This document shows positions 1-9,158 of a stretch of 64,000 bases of DNA, piece by piece. The DNA is taken from assembly GCA_965279035.1 (NCBI GenBank), contig OZ257142.1:4136667-4200666 (forward strand). The letters are read 5' to 3'. Every line of letters begins with the position of its first letter. The first letter of the stretch is position 1. The stretch comes from Bacteroidia bacterium. Its GTDB lineage: Bacteria > Bacteroidota > Bacteroidia > M30B66. The notes under the pieces were generated by a model. It was not told the origin of the DNA. It saw nothing but the letters and a program-made list of their open reading frames with translations, and did not search any database. The translations under genes and the position numbers were made by a program.

Positions 1-1410
1 ATTATCAACGAACCTACTGCAGCTGCTCTTGCTTATGGTTTAGATAAGAAAAATGCCGACATGAAAATTGTCGTTTTCGACTGCGGAGGAGGAACACATG
101 ACGTTTCTGTTCTTGACTTAGGAGATGGTGTTTTCGAAGTAAAATCAACCGATGGTGATACACATCTTGGAGGAGACGATTTCGATCAGAAAATTATCGA
201 TTGGTTAGCAGAAGAATTTTCTTCTACCGAAGGTGAGGGACTTGATTTACGTAAAGATGCAATGGCATTGCAACGCTTGAAAGAAGCAGCAGAAAAAGCC
301 AAAGTAGAACTTTCTAGTTCTGCAAGCACAGAAATCAATCTTCCTTATGTAACAGCAACAGCAACAGGACCTAAACACCTTGTTCGCACTCTAACACGTG
401 CTAAATTTGAACAATTAGCTGATGATTTAATTCGTCGTACAATTGAACCTTGTAAAACAGCATTGAAAAATGCCAATTACAGTACAAGTGATATTGATGA
501 AATCATCCTAGTTGGTGGATCAACGCGTATTCCAGCAATCCAAGCTGCAGTAGAAAAATTCTTTGGAAAAGCTCCAAACAAAGGAGTAAATCCAGATGAA
601 GTGGTTGCCATTGGAGCTGCAATTCAGGGTGGTGTATTAACAGGAGAAGTGAAAGATGTTCTATTGTTAGATGTAACACCTCTATCTCTTGGAATCGAAA
701 CGATGGGCGGAGTAATGACACGGCTTATTGAGTCAAATACTACAATTCCAACCAAAAAATCAGAAGTGTTCTCAACAGCTAGCGATAATCAACCATCCGT
801 TGAAATTCACATTCTTCAAGGAGAACGTCCAATGGCGGCACAAAATCGCACAATCGGTCGATTCCATTTGGATGGTATTCCGCCAGCACCTCGTGGCATT
901 CCACAAGTTGAAGTGACTTTCGATATAGATGCCAATGGAATACTTCATGTTGCAGCAAAAGACAAAGCAACTGGTAAAGAACAAAAAATCCGTATTGAAG
1001 CTTCTTCGGGCTTGAGTGATGATGACATTAAGAAAATGAAAGCTGAAGCTGAAGCAAATGCAGAAACTGATCGCAAAGCAAAAGAAGAAGCAGAAAAAAT
1101 CAACCAAGCTGACACCTTGATTTTCCAAACAGAAAAGCAACTGAAAGAATATGGTGATAAAATACCTGCGGAGAAAAAAGGTGCTATTGAATCTGCTCTA
1201 ACAAATCTGAAAGCAGCTCATCAAACTCGCGATTTAGCTGCAATTGATTCTTCGCTTGAAGTGCTTAACAATGCATGGTCTGCTGCTTCAGAAGATATGT
1301 ATAAAGCAAGTCAAGGAGCTGATAATGCATCTGAACCACAAGCAGAAAACCAAAGTCAAAATGCTGAAGTGACAGATGTAGATTTCGAAGAAGTAAAGGA
1401 CGATAAATAA
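1..1410 (+). CDS. dnaK: Chaperone DnaK (Hsp70), 5'-truncated by window edge
   Basis: Frame is open from base 1 ([13 protein letters not shown]); Hsp70 signatures [32 protein letters not shown]; acidic tail DVDFEEV. Confidence 0.99.
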   Translation: MINEPTAAALAYGLDKKNADMKIVVFDCGGGTHDVSVLDLGDGVFEVKSTDGDTHLGGDDFDQKIIDWLAEEFSSTEGEGLDLRKDAMALQRLKEAAEKAKVELSSSASTEINLPYVTATATGPKHLVRTLTRAKFEQLADDLIRRTIEPCKTALKNANYSTSDIDEIILVGGSTRIPAIQAAVEKFFGKAPNKGVNPDEVVAIGAAIQGGVLTGEVKDVLLLDVTPLSLGIETMGGVMTRLIESNTTIPTKKSEVFSTASDNQPSVEIHILQGERPMAAQNRTIGRFHLDGIPPAPRGIPQVEVTFDIDANGILHVAAKDKATGKEQKIRIEASSGLSDDDIKKMKAEAEANAETDRKAKEEAEKINQADTLIFQTEKQLKEYGDKIPAEKKGAIESALTNLKAAHQTRDLAAIDSSLEVLNNAWSAASEDMYKASQGADNASEPQAENQSQNAEVTDVDFEEVKDDK

Positions 1411-1428
1411 GCATTAATGCTTTCTTAG

Positions 1429-1465
1429 AACCGTCATTTCTAAAATAGAAATGGCGGTTTTTTTA
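1429..1465 (+). terminator. Rho-independent terminator of dnaK
   Basis: AACCGTCATTTCTA-AAA-TAGAAATGGCGGTT hairpin followed by a T-tract, just after the dnaK stop. Confidence 0.9.
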
Positions 1466-1466
1466 T

Positions 1467-1635
1467 ATAAAAAAACCCGGAGACACCTGTGCTGAAGTGC
1501 CTCCGGGTAAATAGTTCACATAAATACCAGTTGCGCTCCTAACCCATTCAGAATGGCAACTGCTCTAATTCATCAATTGAAACTGCTCAGGAATCAACTG
1601 TTTTATAGAAATAGAATTACGTGATAACTTAACCT
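1467..1635 (-). ncRNA. Candidate small RNA (three hairpins, ends in an intrinsic terminator)
   Basis: Minus strand: promoter-like CACCTTTG at 1643-1650; hairpins CAGTTGA/TCAATTG and CAGTTGC/GCAACTG; terminator ACCCGGAGGCAC...GTGTCTCCGGGT plus T-tract. The mismatches are G-U pairs only on the minus strand. Confidence 0.45.
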
Positions 1636-1898
1636 AATGGCACAAAGGTGACTATTAATTATTAAGTGCAACAGGGGGGCAACACCTATATTTTATGAAA
1701 TCATTAAGAAATTGGGATCGGATTTTATATACCAATTTCCCTCTCCAATAAGTAGAATTCCTTTTGTGTTTTTATTGTCGGATTAGTGATTTATTATAAA
1801 AAATAAATCGCGTTAAAATACATGGACAAGCAGTTGATTTTGCGAAAGTGTTTTTTTTAAATTAATCTTGAATCCTTATATGAAACCGACATAAGTAT

Positions 1899-2309
1899 TC
1901 AAGATCGATGAGCCATTTGATGCTCTTTAATTAGCTCGAGTAAATACAAATTCTGTAACGGTTTATTCAAAAACCCAGAGACCAAAGGATGTTCTTCTGC
2001 TTTGATTTTATCTTTTATATTTTCAGAAGATGACAACATATAAATTCTACTCCTGTACTTTATTCCAGGAAATCGTTCTTGACATAAGCTTAGAAATTCC
2101 CAGCCATTGATTATTGGCATGGTGATATCCAAAAAAATTAAATCGGGTAATTTCCTAGTTTTAGGAAATTTTGCAAGTTCCTTTAATGCATCTCCAGCAT
2201 ATAAAAAGCATTCTATTCGAACATCTGGAAAGTGTTCTTGAATAAGATAACTGTTAAACACATTATTCATCGGATCATCATCAATTAACCAAATCGTTTC
2301 AAGTTCCAT
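1899..2309 (-). CDS. Single-domain response regulator (CheY-like receiver)
   Basis: WLIDDD...LIFLDITMPIINGWEFL...LSSS...FLNKP receiver motifs. Confidence 0.93.
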   Translation of the reverse strand: MELETIWLIDDDPMNNVFNSYLIQEHFPDVRIECFLYAGDALKELAKFPKTRKLPDLIFLDITMPIINGWEFLSLCQERFPGIKYRSRIYMLSSSENIKDKIKAEEHPLVSGFLNKPLQNLYLLELIKEHQMAHRS

Positions 2310-2480
2310 TTCCGGTAGTTTTGGACTGGCAAACTAAACAAAGGTGATTGATTAGAATTCCTAAATGGAATACTTAACTTACAAAGAATAATTAACTACT
2401 CTTTTAGTTGCAATCTATTGAATAGCATATGGTTATATAGCTCAATAATTCTTACACATAGAAATAAACTATACGCTATA

Positions 2481-2858
2481 TTAATTGATTAATAATTTCA
2501 AAAAATTTAATTTATCCATATCAAATGGTCTTGAAATAAATCCTGAAACTAATCCTGAAATAGATGCTAGACTTTTATCATTAGGATCAACAGATGAAGA
2601 AAGAATATATATTAATGGCTTATTATTATTATCATGAATATCGATAGAATATAATTTTAAAAATCCCCATCCATCCATATCAGGCATATTTATATCTAAA
2701 AAAATAACATCAGGTTTATTTTGCATTTTTCATAATTCAAATAATGCATTAGCAGCATCATTATATGACAATATCTCAAGTCCACGAAAATGTTCCTCAA
2801 GGAAATAAGTATTTAACATATTTGTAATACCATCATCATCAATTAGAACTACTTTCAC
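2481..2858 (-). pseudogene. CheY-like response regulator interrupted by an in-frame TGA at 2730-2732
   Basis: From GTG at 2858 the frame reads MKVVLIDDDGITNMLNTYFLEEHFRGLEILSYNDAANALFEL*KMQNKPDVIFLDINMPDMDGWGFL..., colinear with the neighbouring receiver protein. Confidence 0.85.
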
Positions 2859-2920
2859 TGAATTAGTTATTTTTCAAAATGTTTGTCATCTAAGTATTAT
2901 TAATTAATAAAATGACCTTT

Positions 2921-3583
2921 TTAATGTTCCAAAATTATTTTTTGATTATTCAAGCAAAAACGTAATAAAGATAAATGCCCTTTTAATCCGAGTTTATTGG
3001 TGATATTGGAACGATGATTTTCTACTGTTTTTGTACTAATAAAAAACTCCTGGGCAATATCAAGAGAGGAATTATTTTGAGCAATACGTTTCAATATTCT
3101 TGCTTCAGATGGAGTTAAACGTCCAATCATTTCCAACACTTTATCAATTTCTTTTTGGTCTGGGATACTTACAATTGGCAAATTTTCATTGTTTTCACTA
3201 TTCTGCCTCAATACTTTCAATCGATCTAGTCGTGAATTAATTGCCTGAATTAATTCGTTACTCGTAAATGGCTTTGTAATATAATCATCTGCACCGAGCT
3301 CCATGCCTTCTCGAACATCACGTCGATCTACTTTTGCAGAAACAAAAATGAATGGAACTGATTGTAATCCATTCTCATTTCTAATTTGCTCTAATAACCA
3401 AAATCCATCATAACGAGGCATTTTAATATCACACAAAATTATATCTGGAAGAAAATGCCGTGCTAATAGTAAACCAGTTTCTCCATTTTCAGCACTCTTC
3501 ACCTCAAATCCATGAAGGGATATGATTTCCTCCATATTATTACGTAATATCAATTCGTCCTCAACAATTAAAACCTTTTTCAT
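2921..3583 (-). CDS. Response regulator, receiver plus LuxR/NarL-type HTH
   Basis: VLIVEDE...LCDIKMP...GADDYITKPF; C-terminal LTPSEARIL...IAQEFFISTKTVENHRSNITNKL. Confidence 0.95.
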   Translation of the reverse strand: MKKVLIVEDELILRNNMEEIISLHGFEVKSAENGETGLLLARHFLPDIILCDIKMPRYDGFWLLEQIRNENGLQSVPFIFVSAKVDRRDVREGMELGADDYITKPFTSNELIQAINSRLDRLKVLRQNSENNENLPIVSIPDQKEIDKVLEMIGRLTPSEARILKRIAQNNSSLDIAQEFFISTKTVENHRSNITNKLGLKGHLSLLRFCLNNQKIILEH

Positions 3584-4085
3584 TTTTAAATGCTATTTAT
3601 GTAAAGTTAATGGAATTTTCTATTCGTTTGAATGTTCTGTCGACCTTCTCAAGTATAATCCTAAAAACTGAATATTAAGCTTGTCATCAAAATATAGTTG
3701 AAAATAAAAACTAAATTCATTTTCGAACTCTTAACTTGAAAGACCATTTATTCTTCAACCTTTTTAAGTTATTTAATTAAATTAGTTAGTATCATTTTCT
3801 ATTATATAATAAACATAGTAGTCTTATGATACCCTTAATTGCTTTAATAAATAATTAACTATTAAATGTGAAAATAAATCAATTAATTTATTTGTCATTC
3901 AACTCAATTTAAATCCTCATACCAACTCAATTAATCTAAATTACAAATCTTATTTTCACAGAAACTGGACATTACAATTCATTAATTTCTACCTAATTGT
4001 GTTTCTAAATAAAAACTAAAAACAATCTTCATTTTATTTAATAACTAACATTACTCAATCTGAGAAATTAAGCCATTCCATTGGC

Positions 4086-4093
4086 TACATTTG
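4086..4093 (+). promoter_or_regulatory. Bacteroidota -7 promoter element for hemH
   Basis: TACATTTG matches TAnnTTTG, 30 nt upstream of the ATG. Confidence 0.6.
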
Positions 4094-4122
4094 TCAAATA
4101 ATTTTCTGAATTATTTTTTTAA

Positions 4123-5139
4123 ATGAATCCTTTAAAGACAGGCGTTTTAATACTTCAACTAGGCACTCCTGATAGTCCTTCAACATCTGATGTTCGGAAA
4201 TACCTTCGTGAATTTCTCATGGATGCACGTGTAATTGATGTGCCTTATGTGCTTCGTCAAATTTTGGTGAATGGGATTATTGCCAATTTCAGAGCCCCAA
4301 AATCCGCTAAGCTGTATAAGGAAATATGGACTGATAAGGGATCTCCTTTACTTATTTATGGCAACGAAGTTAAAAAGGAACTTCAAGCTAAACTCGGAAA
4401 CGATTTTATTGTAGAACTCGGTATGCGTTATCAACAACCTCCTATGAAAGAGGCATTGGAACGCTTTCGAAAAGCTAAAGTTGGCAAATTGATTTTATTA
4501 CCTCTTTACCCACAGTTTGCCTCTTCAAGTACAGGATCTTCACTTCAACTCGCATTCGAAACTATTGCTTCTTGGGAAGTAATGCCCGAAATTCATGCTA
4601 TTTCCTCCTATTACAATCATCCCGAATACATTCGCTTATGGGCTGAAAAAGGCAAAGCAATGAATGATGGAAGTTTTGATGCGTTTATGTTTACGTTTCA
4701 TGGTGTCCCATGGAGACATATTCGAAAAACAGAATGCGGTGGAACATGTCAAGATGGACCAAAAGAATGCCCTGCAATTAACGAATCTAATCATGTTTGT
4801 TATCGTGCCCAATGTTTCTCAAATGCACGTGCGGTTTGCCTAGCTGCTGGATTCCCATCAGAAAAAACCTATATCAATTTTCAATCTCGACTAGGAAAAG
4901 ATCCTTGGTTAACGCCTTATACCGATCATACCATCATCCGTTTAGCGAAAGAAGGTAAAAAAAGAATCCTAGTATTCTCTCCTTCTTTTACAGCCGACTG
5001 CCTTGAAACAATACATGAAGTTGGCGTTGAATACAACGAACTTTTTAAAGAACATGGTGGAGAAGAACTTGTTCTTGTTCCAAGTATGAATAGTGACTCG
5101 GGGTGGATTACATTTTTAAACAGCCTTATTATCGAATGA
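4123..5139 (+). CDS. hemH: Ferrochelatase
   Basis: LQLGTPDSP, LLPLYPQF, FHGVP, FQSRLG..PWLTPYT, FTADCLETIHE motifs. Confidence 0.97.
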   Translation: MNPLKTGVLILQLGTPDSPSTSDVRKYLREFLMDARVIDVPYVLRQILVNGIIANFRAPKSAKLYKEIWTDKGSPLLIYGNEVKKELQAKLGNDFIVELGMRYQQPPMKEALERFRKAKVGKLILLPLYPQFASSSTGSSLQLAFETIASWEVMPEIHAISSYYNHPEYIRLWAEKGKAMNDGSFDAFMFTFHGVPWRHIRKTECGGTCQDGPKECPAINESNHVCYRAQCFSNARAVCLAAGFPSEKTYINFQSRLGKDPWLTPYTDHTIIRLAKEGKKRILVFSPSFTADCLETIHEVGVEYNELFKEHGGEELVLVPSMNSDSGWITFLNSLIIE

Positions 5140-5208
5140 AAATAGCATCCATTCGATATTTTTTTACACATTTATACACTCATCTTCGCTCTTACGTTAT
5201 CTCGGCGA

Positions 5209-6816
5209 ATGCTTCCTAAACAGCTACGTTTTCTTCATCCTTATCTCCATTTCATCGGCCTGCTATTAATGGTTGCAGGTTTGCCGTTTTCCCTATTGTT
5301 AATGAGCCTTTCGCAATTTTTCATTGGAGGAAATTGGATTCTAGAAGGACACTACAAAGAAAAACTGAATCGTTTCAAATCCAACAAATCAGCTTGGCTA
5401 CTTTGTGGAATTTTCCTCATGCTTTTACCAGGATTAATCTGGACTAATAACTGGAATGATGGACTCAAACTCATACGTATCAACTTACCCTTTCTTATTT
5501 TTCCTTTCGTACTTGCATCTTCTCAACCATTAAAGAAAACATGGTATGAGCTTCTTCTAAAGCTGTCAATTGTTTCCGTTTTTCTTGCTTCGATCGCTTG
5601 TATTATTTGGGGACTTCCTCTCTGGCTTAACGGAGAACTTTCCGATATTAGAAATATTTCCGTATTCATTTCTCACATTCGATTTGCACTCTTAATTGTG
5701 CTTTCTATTTTAATTGGTGTGTGGATGCTCAGCAGCCGAAAAATTCCTCTCAAACAGGTTGAACGTTTACTTTTAATTTTCATCCTTATTTGGCTAACAA
5801 CTTTTCTATTCATTCTTCAATCACTTACGGGAATTGGTATTTTACTATTCATTTCTCTCTTTTGGGGAGGCATAACTATTTGGAAAAAATATTCTCATAA
5901 AAAAGCAATCCTACTTTTTTCAATTCCATTTATTTTCTTTCTAATTACGATTTGGCAAGGCCTAACTGTATGGAAGGAATATAGCACTCCCTCAAGTATT
6001 TATTCTAGCACTGCTCCAACAAAAACAATTCGAGGAAATATATATACACACGATTTTTCAATTCTCGAAAACGGAAATTATGTTTTCAGCTTTGTATGTG
6101 ATAAAGAATTACGAAATGCCTGGGAAAAAAGAAGCAGACTTTCAATAGATAGTTCCGATGGAAAAGGAAATCAAACCTACATAACTCTTCTCAGATTTTT
6201 AAATTCAAAAGGCTTAAAGAAAGATCAAGATGGAGTCAATGCCCTTTCTGACTTAGAAGTTCGATATATAGAAAAAGGTGTTGCCAATGTGCATTATACT
6301 GGATTATGGGGAATCCGAATGCGTTTTTACCAATTGCTATGGGAACTAGATTATAATCGGCGAGGTGAATCAAATCCTGCAGGTCATACAGTGGTTATGA
6401 AACTTGAATTCTGGAAAAATTCATTCCGAATCATTGATCAAAACTTATTGAAAGGTGTTGGTACTGGCGATGTTTCCGATAGTTTCAAACAAGAATATCA
6501 ACGAAATGCAAGTTGGCTCGATCCTTCATGGTGGATGACTAGCCATAATCATTACTTATACATTGCTGTTGCACTTGGAATTCCGGGATTATTACTTTTT
6601 CTAATGTGTTTCTTTCTACCTGTTTTCAAGCAGTCTCGCCCAATCTATACTCCTCTTGTTTTATTCTTCTGCATTGCAGTAATATCAATGCTTACTGAAG
6701 ATACTTTAACGACTCAAGCCGGCGTTTCATTTATCGCCTTTTTCTATTGCTTCTTCCTTTTTTCGCGACCTGTTGAAATAGGTTCTTCTTCCTCTTCTTC
6801 TATCCCAATTAATTGA
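5209..6816 (+). CDS. O-antigen ligase (Wzy_C) family membrane protein
   Basis: Many TM segments; GVGTGD and SHNHYL..AVALGIPGL motifs. Confidence 0.8.
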   Translation: MLPKQLRFLHPYLHFIGLLLMVAGLPFSLLLMSLSQFFIGGNWILEGHYKEKLNRFKSNKSAWLLCGIFLMLLPGLIWTNNWNDGLKLIRINLPFLIFPFVLASSQPLKKTWYELLLKLSIVSVFLASIACIIWGLPLWLNGELSDIRNISVFISHIRFALLIVLSILIGVWMLSSRKIPLKQVERLLLIFILIWLTTFLFILQSLTGIGILLFISLFWGGITIWKKYSHKKAILLFSIPFIFFLITIWQGLTVWKEYSTPSSIYSSTAPTKTIRGNIYTHDFSILENGNYVFSFVCDKELRNAWEKRSRLSIDSSDGKGNQTYITLLRFLNSKGLKKDQDGVNALSDLEVRYIEKGVANVHYTGLWGIRMRFYQLLWELDYNRRGESNPAGHTVVMKLEFWKNSFRIIDQNLLKGVGTGDVSDSFKQEYQRNASWLDPSWWMTSHNHYLYIAVALGIPGLLLFLMCFFLPVFKQSRPIYTPLVLFFCIAVISMLTEDTLTTQAGVSFIAFFYCFFLFSRPVEIGSSSSSSIPIN

Positions 6817-7490
6817 CTCGAACCTGAACCTCCAACCACAATTACAATTTCACCTTTTGGACTGCGTTGCTCATAATAATCTGCAAGTTCTATCAACGTT
6901 CCTCGCTTGCATTCTTCATAAATCTTAGTCAATTCACGAATCACTGCAGCTTTTCGTTCAGCTCCACAATACTCAGCAAGCTGGCGTAATGTCTTTACTA
7001 ATCGAAATGGTGATTCATACAAAATGATTGTTCGCTCTTCGCTTGCTAATCGTTTTATTTTTGTTTGACGACCTTTCTTATGTGGCAAAAATCCTTCAAA
7101 ACAAAAGCGGTCTGCAGGCAATCCTGAAATAACCAAGGAAGGAATTAATGCTGTTGGGCCAGGCAAACATTCAACGTCAATACCAGCTTCTATACACGCT
7201 CGAACTAGTAAAAAACCAGGGTCAGAAATTCCGGGTGTTCCAGCATCAGAAATTAAAACAACAGAATTACTATCTTCAATTAAACGAATCGTAGAACTGA
7301 GAACGTGATGCTCATTGTGTTGATGAAATGGTCGCAATGGCCTCGAAATATCCAACAAACGAAGTAAATTCCCTGATGTGCGTGTGTCTTCAGCTAGAAC
7401 AACATCCGCCTCTTTGAGCAATCGTATCGACCTTAAGGTAATGTCTTCCAGATTGCCCAATGGTGTTGGCACCAGGATGAGTTTCCCCAT
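6744..7490 (-). CDS. rsmI: 16S rRNA C1402 2'-O-methyltransferase
   Basis: LVPTPLGNLEDIT, AEDTR, ISDAGTPGISDPG, YESPFR, RELTKIYEE. Confidence 0.97.
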   Translation of the reverse strand: MGKLILVPTPLGNLEDITLRSIRLLKEADVVLAEDTRTSGNLLRLLDISRPLRPFHQHNEHHVLSSTIRLIEDSNSVVLISDAGTPGISDPGFLLVRACIEAGIDVECLPGPTALIPSLVISGLPADRFCFEGFLPHKKGRQTKIKRLASEERTIILYESPFRLVKTLRQLAEYCGAERKAAVIRELTKIYEECKRGTLIELADYYEQRSPKGEIVIVVGGSGSSQLIGIEEEEEEPISTGREKRKKQ

Positions 7491-7491
7491 T

Positions 7492-8448
7492 TTAGATATT
7501 GTGCAAATAGCGACGATTCAGCAAATCGGCCAATCCTTGAAATGATTTACCTTCTGAATCCCAATTGTATTTTGCTTTCAACTCCTGAAAGAAGTCTTCT
7601 GCATCGCTATAATTTTCGAAATTATTTAATTTATCTAAGGCTTCGTTATACTCATTCACGTTGTTCTTAAATAAATCTTTCAAGTAGGCAAACTTCTCAT
7701 TGATTCCAATGGATGATTTGATATTGGAAACAGGTTGACGATTTGCCTGATTGGCTACTGTCTTCTCAGTAGGCTTTGCAATTTTATCGTAAAGTGATGC
7801 TGCTTTCTCAAAAATACTTTCCTTTTTAGGTTCTGAGGCAGCGGGCTCAGGCTTAAATTCTATCTTCCTAACCGTTGGAACAAAATCTTTCTGACGTTCT
7901 TGAAGTAAATCAACCTTGGGAGTTATCACTGCTGCAGGTGATTCTTGAATTGCCTGCTTGGGCGTTTCTTCTACTACTGGAGTTCCATTAAACGTTTTTT
8001 GCCACACAATGGGTGAAATTTCTTCCACTTTCTCTTCAGGAACCTTTTCTTCTTCTTTACTAACCTCCTCTATAACTTCATTCTCAGAAATCAAATCAAC
8101 AACAACTGGCTCTTCTTCGATTTTAGTTATAGCAGGTTCTTCAACTAACAAACTAGTTGATTTGTCTTCGGGCGTAATTACAGGTTTTGGAGTTTCTTCT
8201 TTCTTAACAACGTCTTCATTAACGACAGAATTTTTTGAAGAAATCGAATCCGAAGGGGATTTTCTTCGCTGATGTTCAGCAAGTGTTCGGAGATCAAGAA
8301 GTGATTCGTATAAATCCCTAACATCTTTTAATGCGAGGTCAACTTCCATCAACGGAATCGAATCTTTGTACTGAAGAATACGGCTATACTGCTCTTCCAC
8401 CTTGAAAAGCAGATGGGTTATATCGTCGTGTATGCGGTTGGCGTCCAT
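7492..8448 (-). CDS. Hypothetical protein with acidic low-complexity linker and globular C-terminal domain
   Basis: 318-aa ORF directly upstream of rsmI; C-terminal SSIGINEKFAYLKDLF domain resembles conserved Bacteroidota hypotheticals (recall only). Confidence 0.75.
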   Translation of the reverse strand: MDANRIHDDITHLLFKVEEQYSRILQYKDSIPLMEVDLALKDVRDLYESLLDLRTLAEHQRRKSPSDSISSKNSVVNEDVVKKEETPKPVITPEDKSTSLLVEEPAITKIEEEPVVVDLISENEVIEEVSKEEEKVPEEKVEEISPIVWQKTFNGTPVVEETPKQAIQESPAAVITPKVDLLQERQKDFVPTVRKIEFKPEPAASEPKKESIFEKAASLYDKIAKPTEKTVANQANRQPVSNIKSSIGINEKFAYLKDLFKNNVNEYNEALDKLNNFENYSDAEDFFQELKAKYNWDSEGKSFQGLADLLNRRYLHNI

Positions 8449-8546
8449 AAGGGTTTACCCAATAGTAATGAATCGAATGTCTTTTACTTAGTTTTGTGGA
8501 ATCAATCCACCGGGTAAAAATACGTAAAAACATATCGGTTGCTTCC

Positions 8547-9158
8547 ATGTTTCTTGAAAACACTTTACACTCCACCAAACGTCGCGGTTCTATTGAAGTA
8601 ATCTGCGGTTCCATGTTTTCGGGAAAAACCGAAGAACTCATCCGTCGACTTCGTCGTGCAACCTTTGCAAAACAACGCGTTGAGATATTCAAACCCGCGG
8701 TAGACGTACGTTACCACGAAGCCGATGTGGTCTCTCACGACTCCAATTCGATACGTTCAACACCCGTTGAATCATCTCAAAGTATATTACTTCTTTCAGG
8801 AGAAGTAGATGTTATTGGCATCGATGAAGCTCAATTTTTCGATTCCGAACTTGTCAATGTCTGTAACGAACTTGCCAATATGGGCATCCGGGTAATCGTT
8901 GCCGGATTGGATATGGATTTCCGAGGATTTCCCTTCGGACCAATTCCAGCACTTCTTGCAACAGCCGAATATGTGACCAAAGTTCACGCAATCTGTATGG
9001 TGTGTGGCAACCTAGCTAATCACTCACATCGTTTTGATAATACCAACGAAAGCCTTGTATTATTAGGCGAAACAGATTCCTATCAGCCACTTTGCCGTGA
9101 TTGCTTTTATGAACGCAATCCACTTCCGTACACCGGTTCTCAGGCTCGTAAATCATGA
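8547..9158 (+). CDS. tdk: Thymidine kinase
   Basis: [12 protein letters not shown]-loop, [16 protein letters not shown], Zn-binding CxxC pairs; start set at ATG 8547, downstream of TAGTTTTG (8489-8496). Confidence 0.97.
   Translation: MFLENTLHSTKRRGSIEVICGSMFSGKTEELIRRLRRATFAKQRVEIFKPAVDVRYHEADVVSHDSNSIRSTPVESSQSILLLSGEVDVIGIDEAQFFDSELVNVCNELANMGIRVIVAGLDMDFRGFPFGPIPALLATAEYVTKVHAICMVCGNLANHSHRFDNTNESLVLLGETDSYQPLCRDCFYERNPLPYTGSQARKS

Noticed and set aside
2730-2732. Selenocysteine or alternative genetic code at the in-frame TGA
   Set aside because: TGA ends other genes here (hemH, tdk, pth), the position is not a Cys site, and no SECIS-like hairpin follows.
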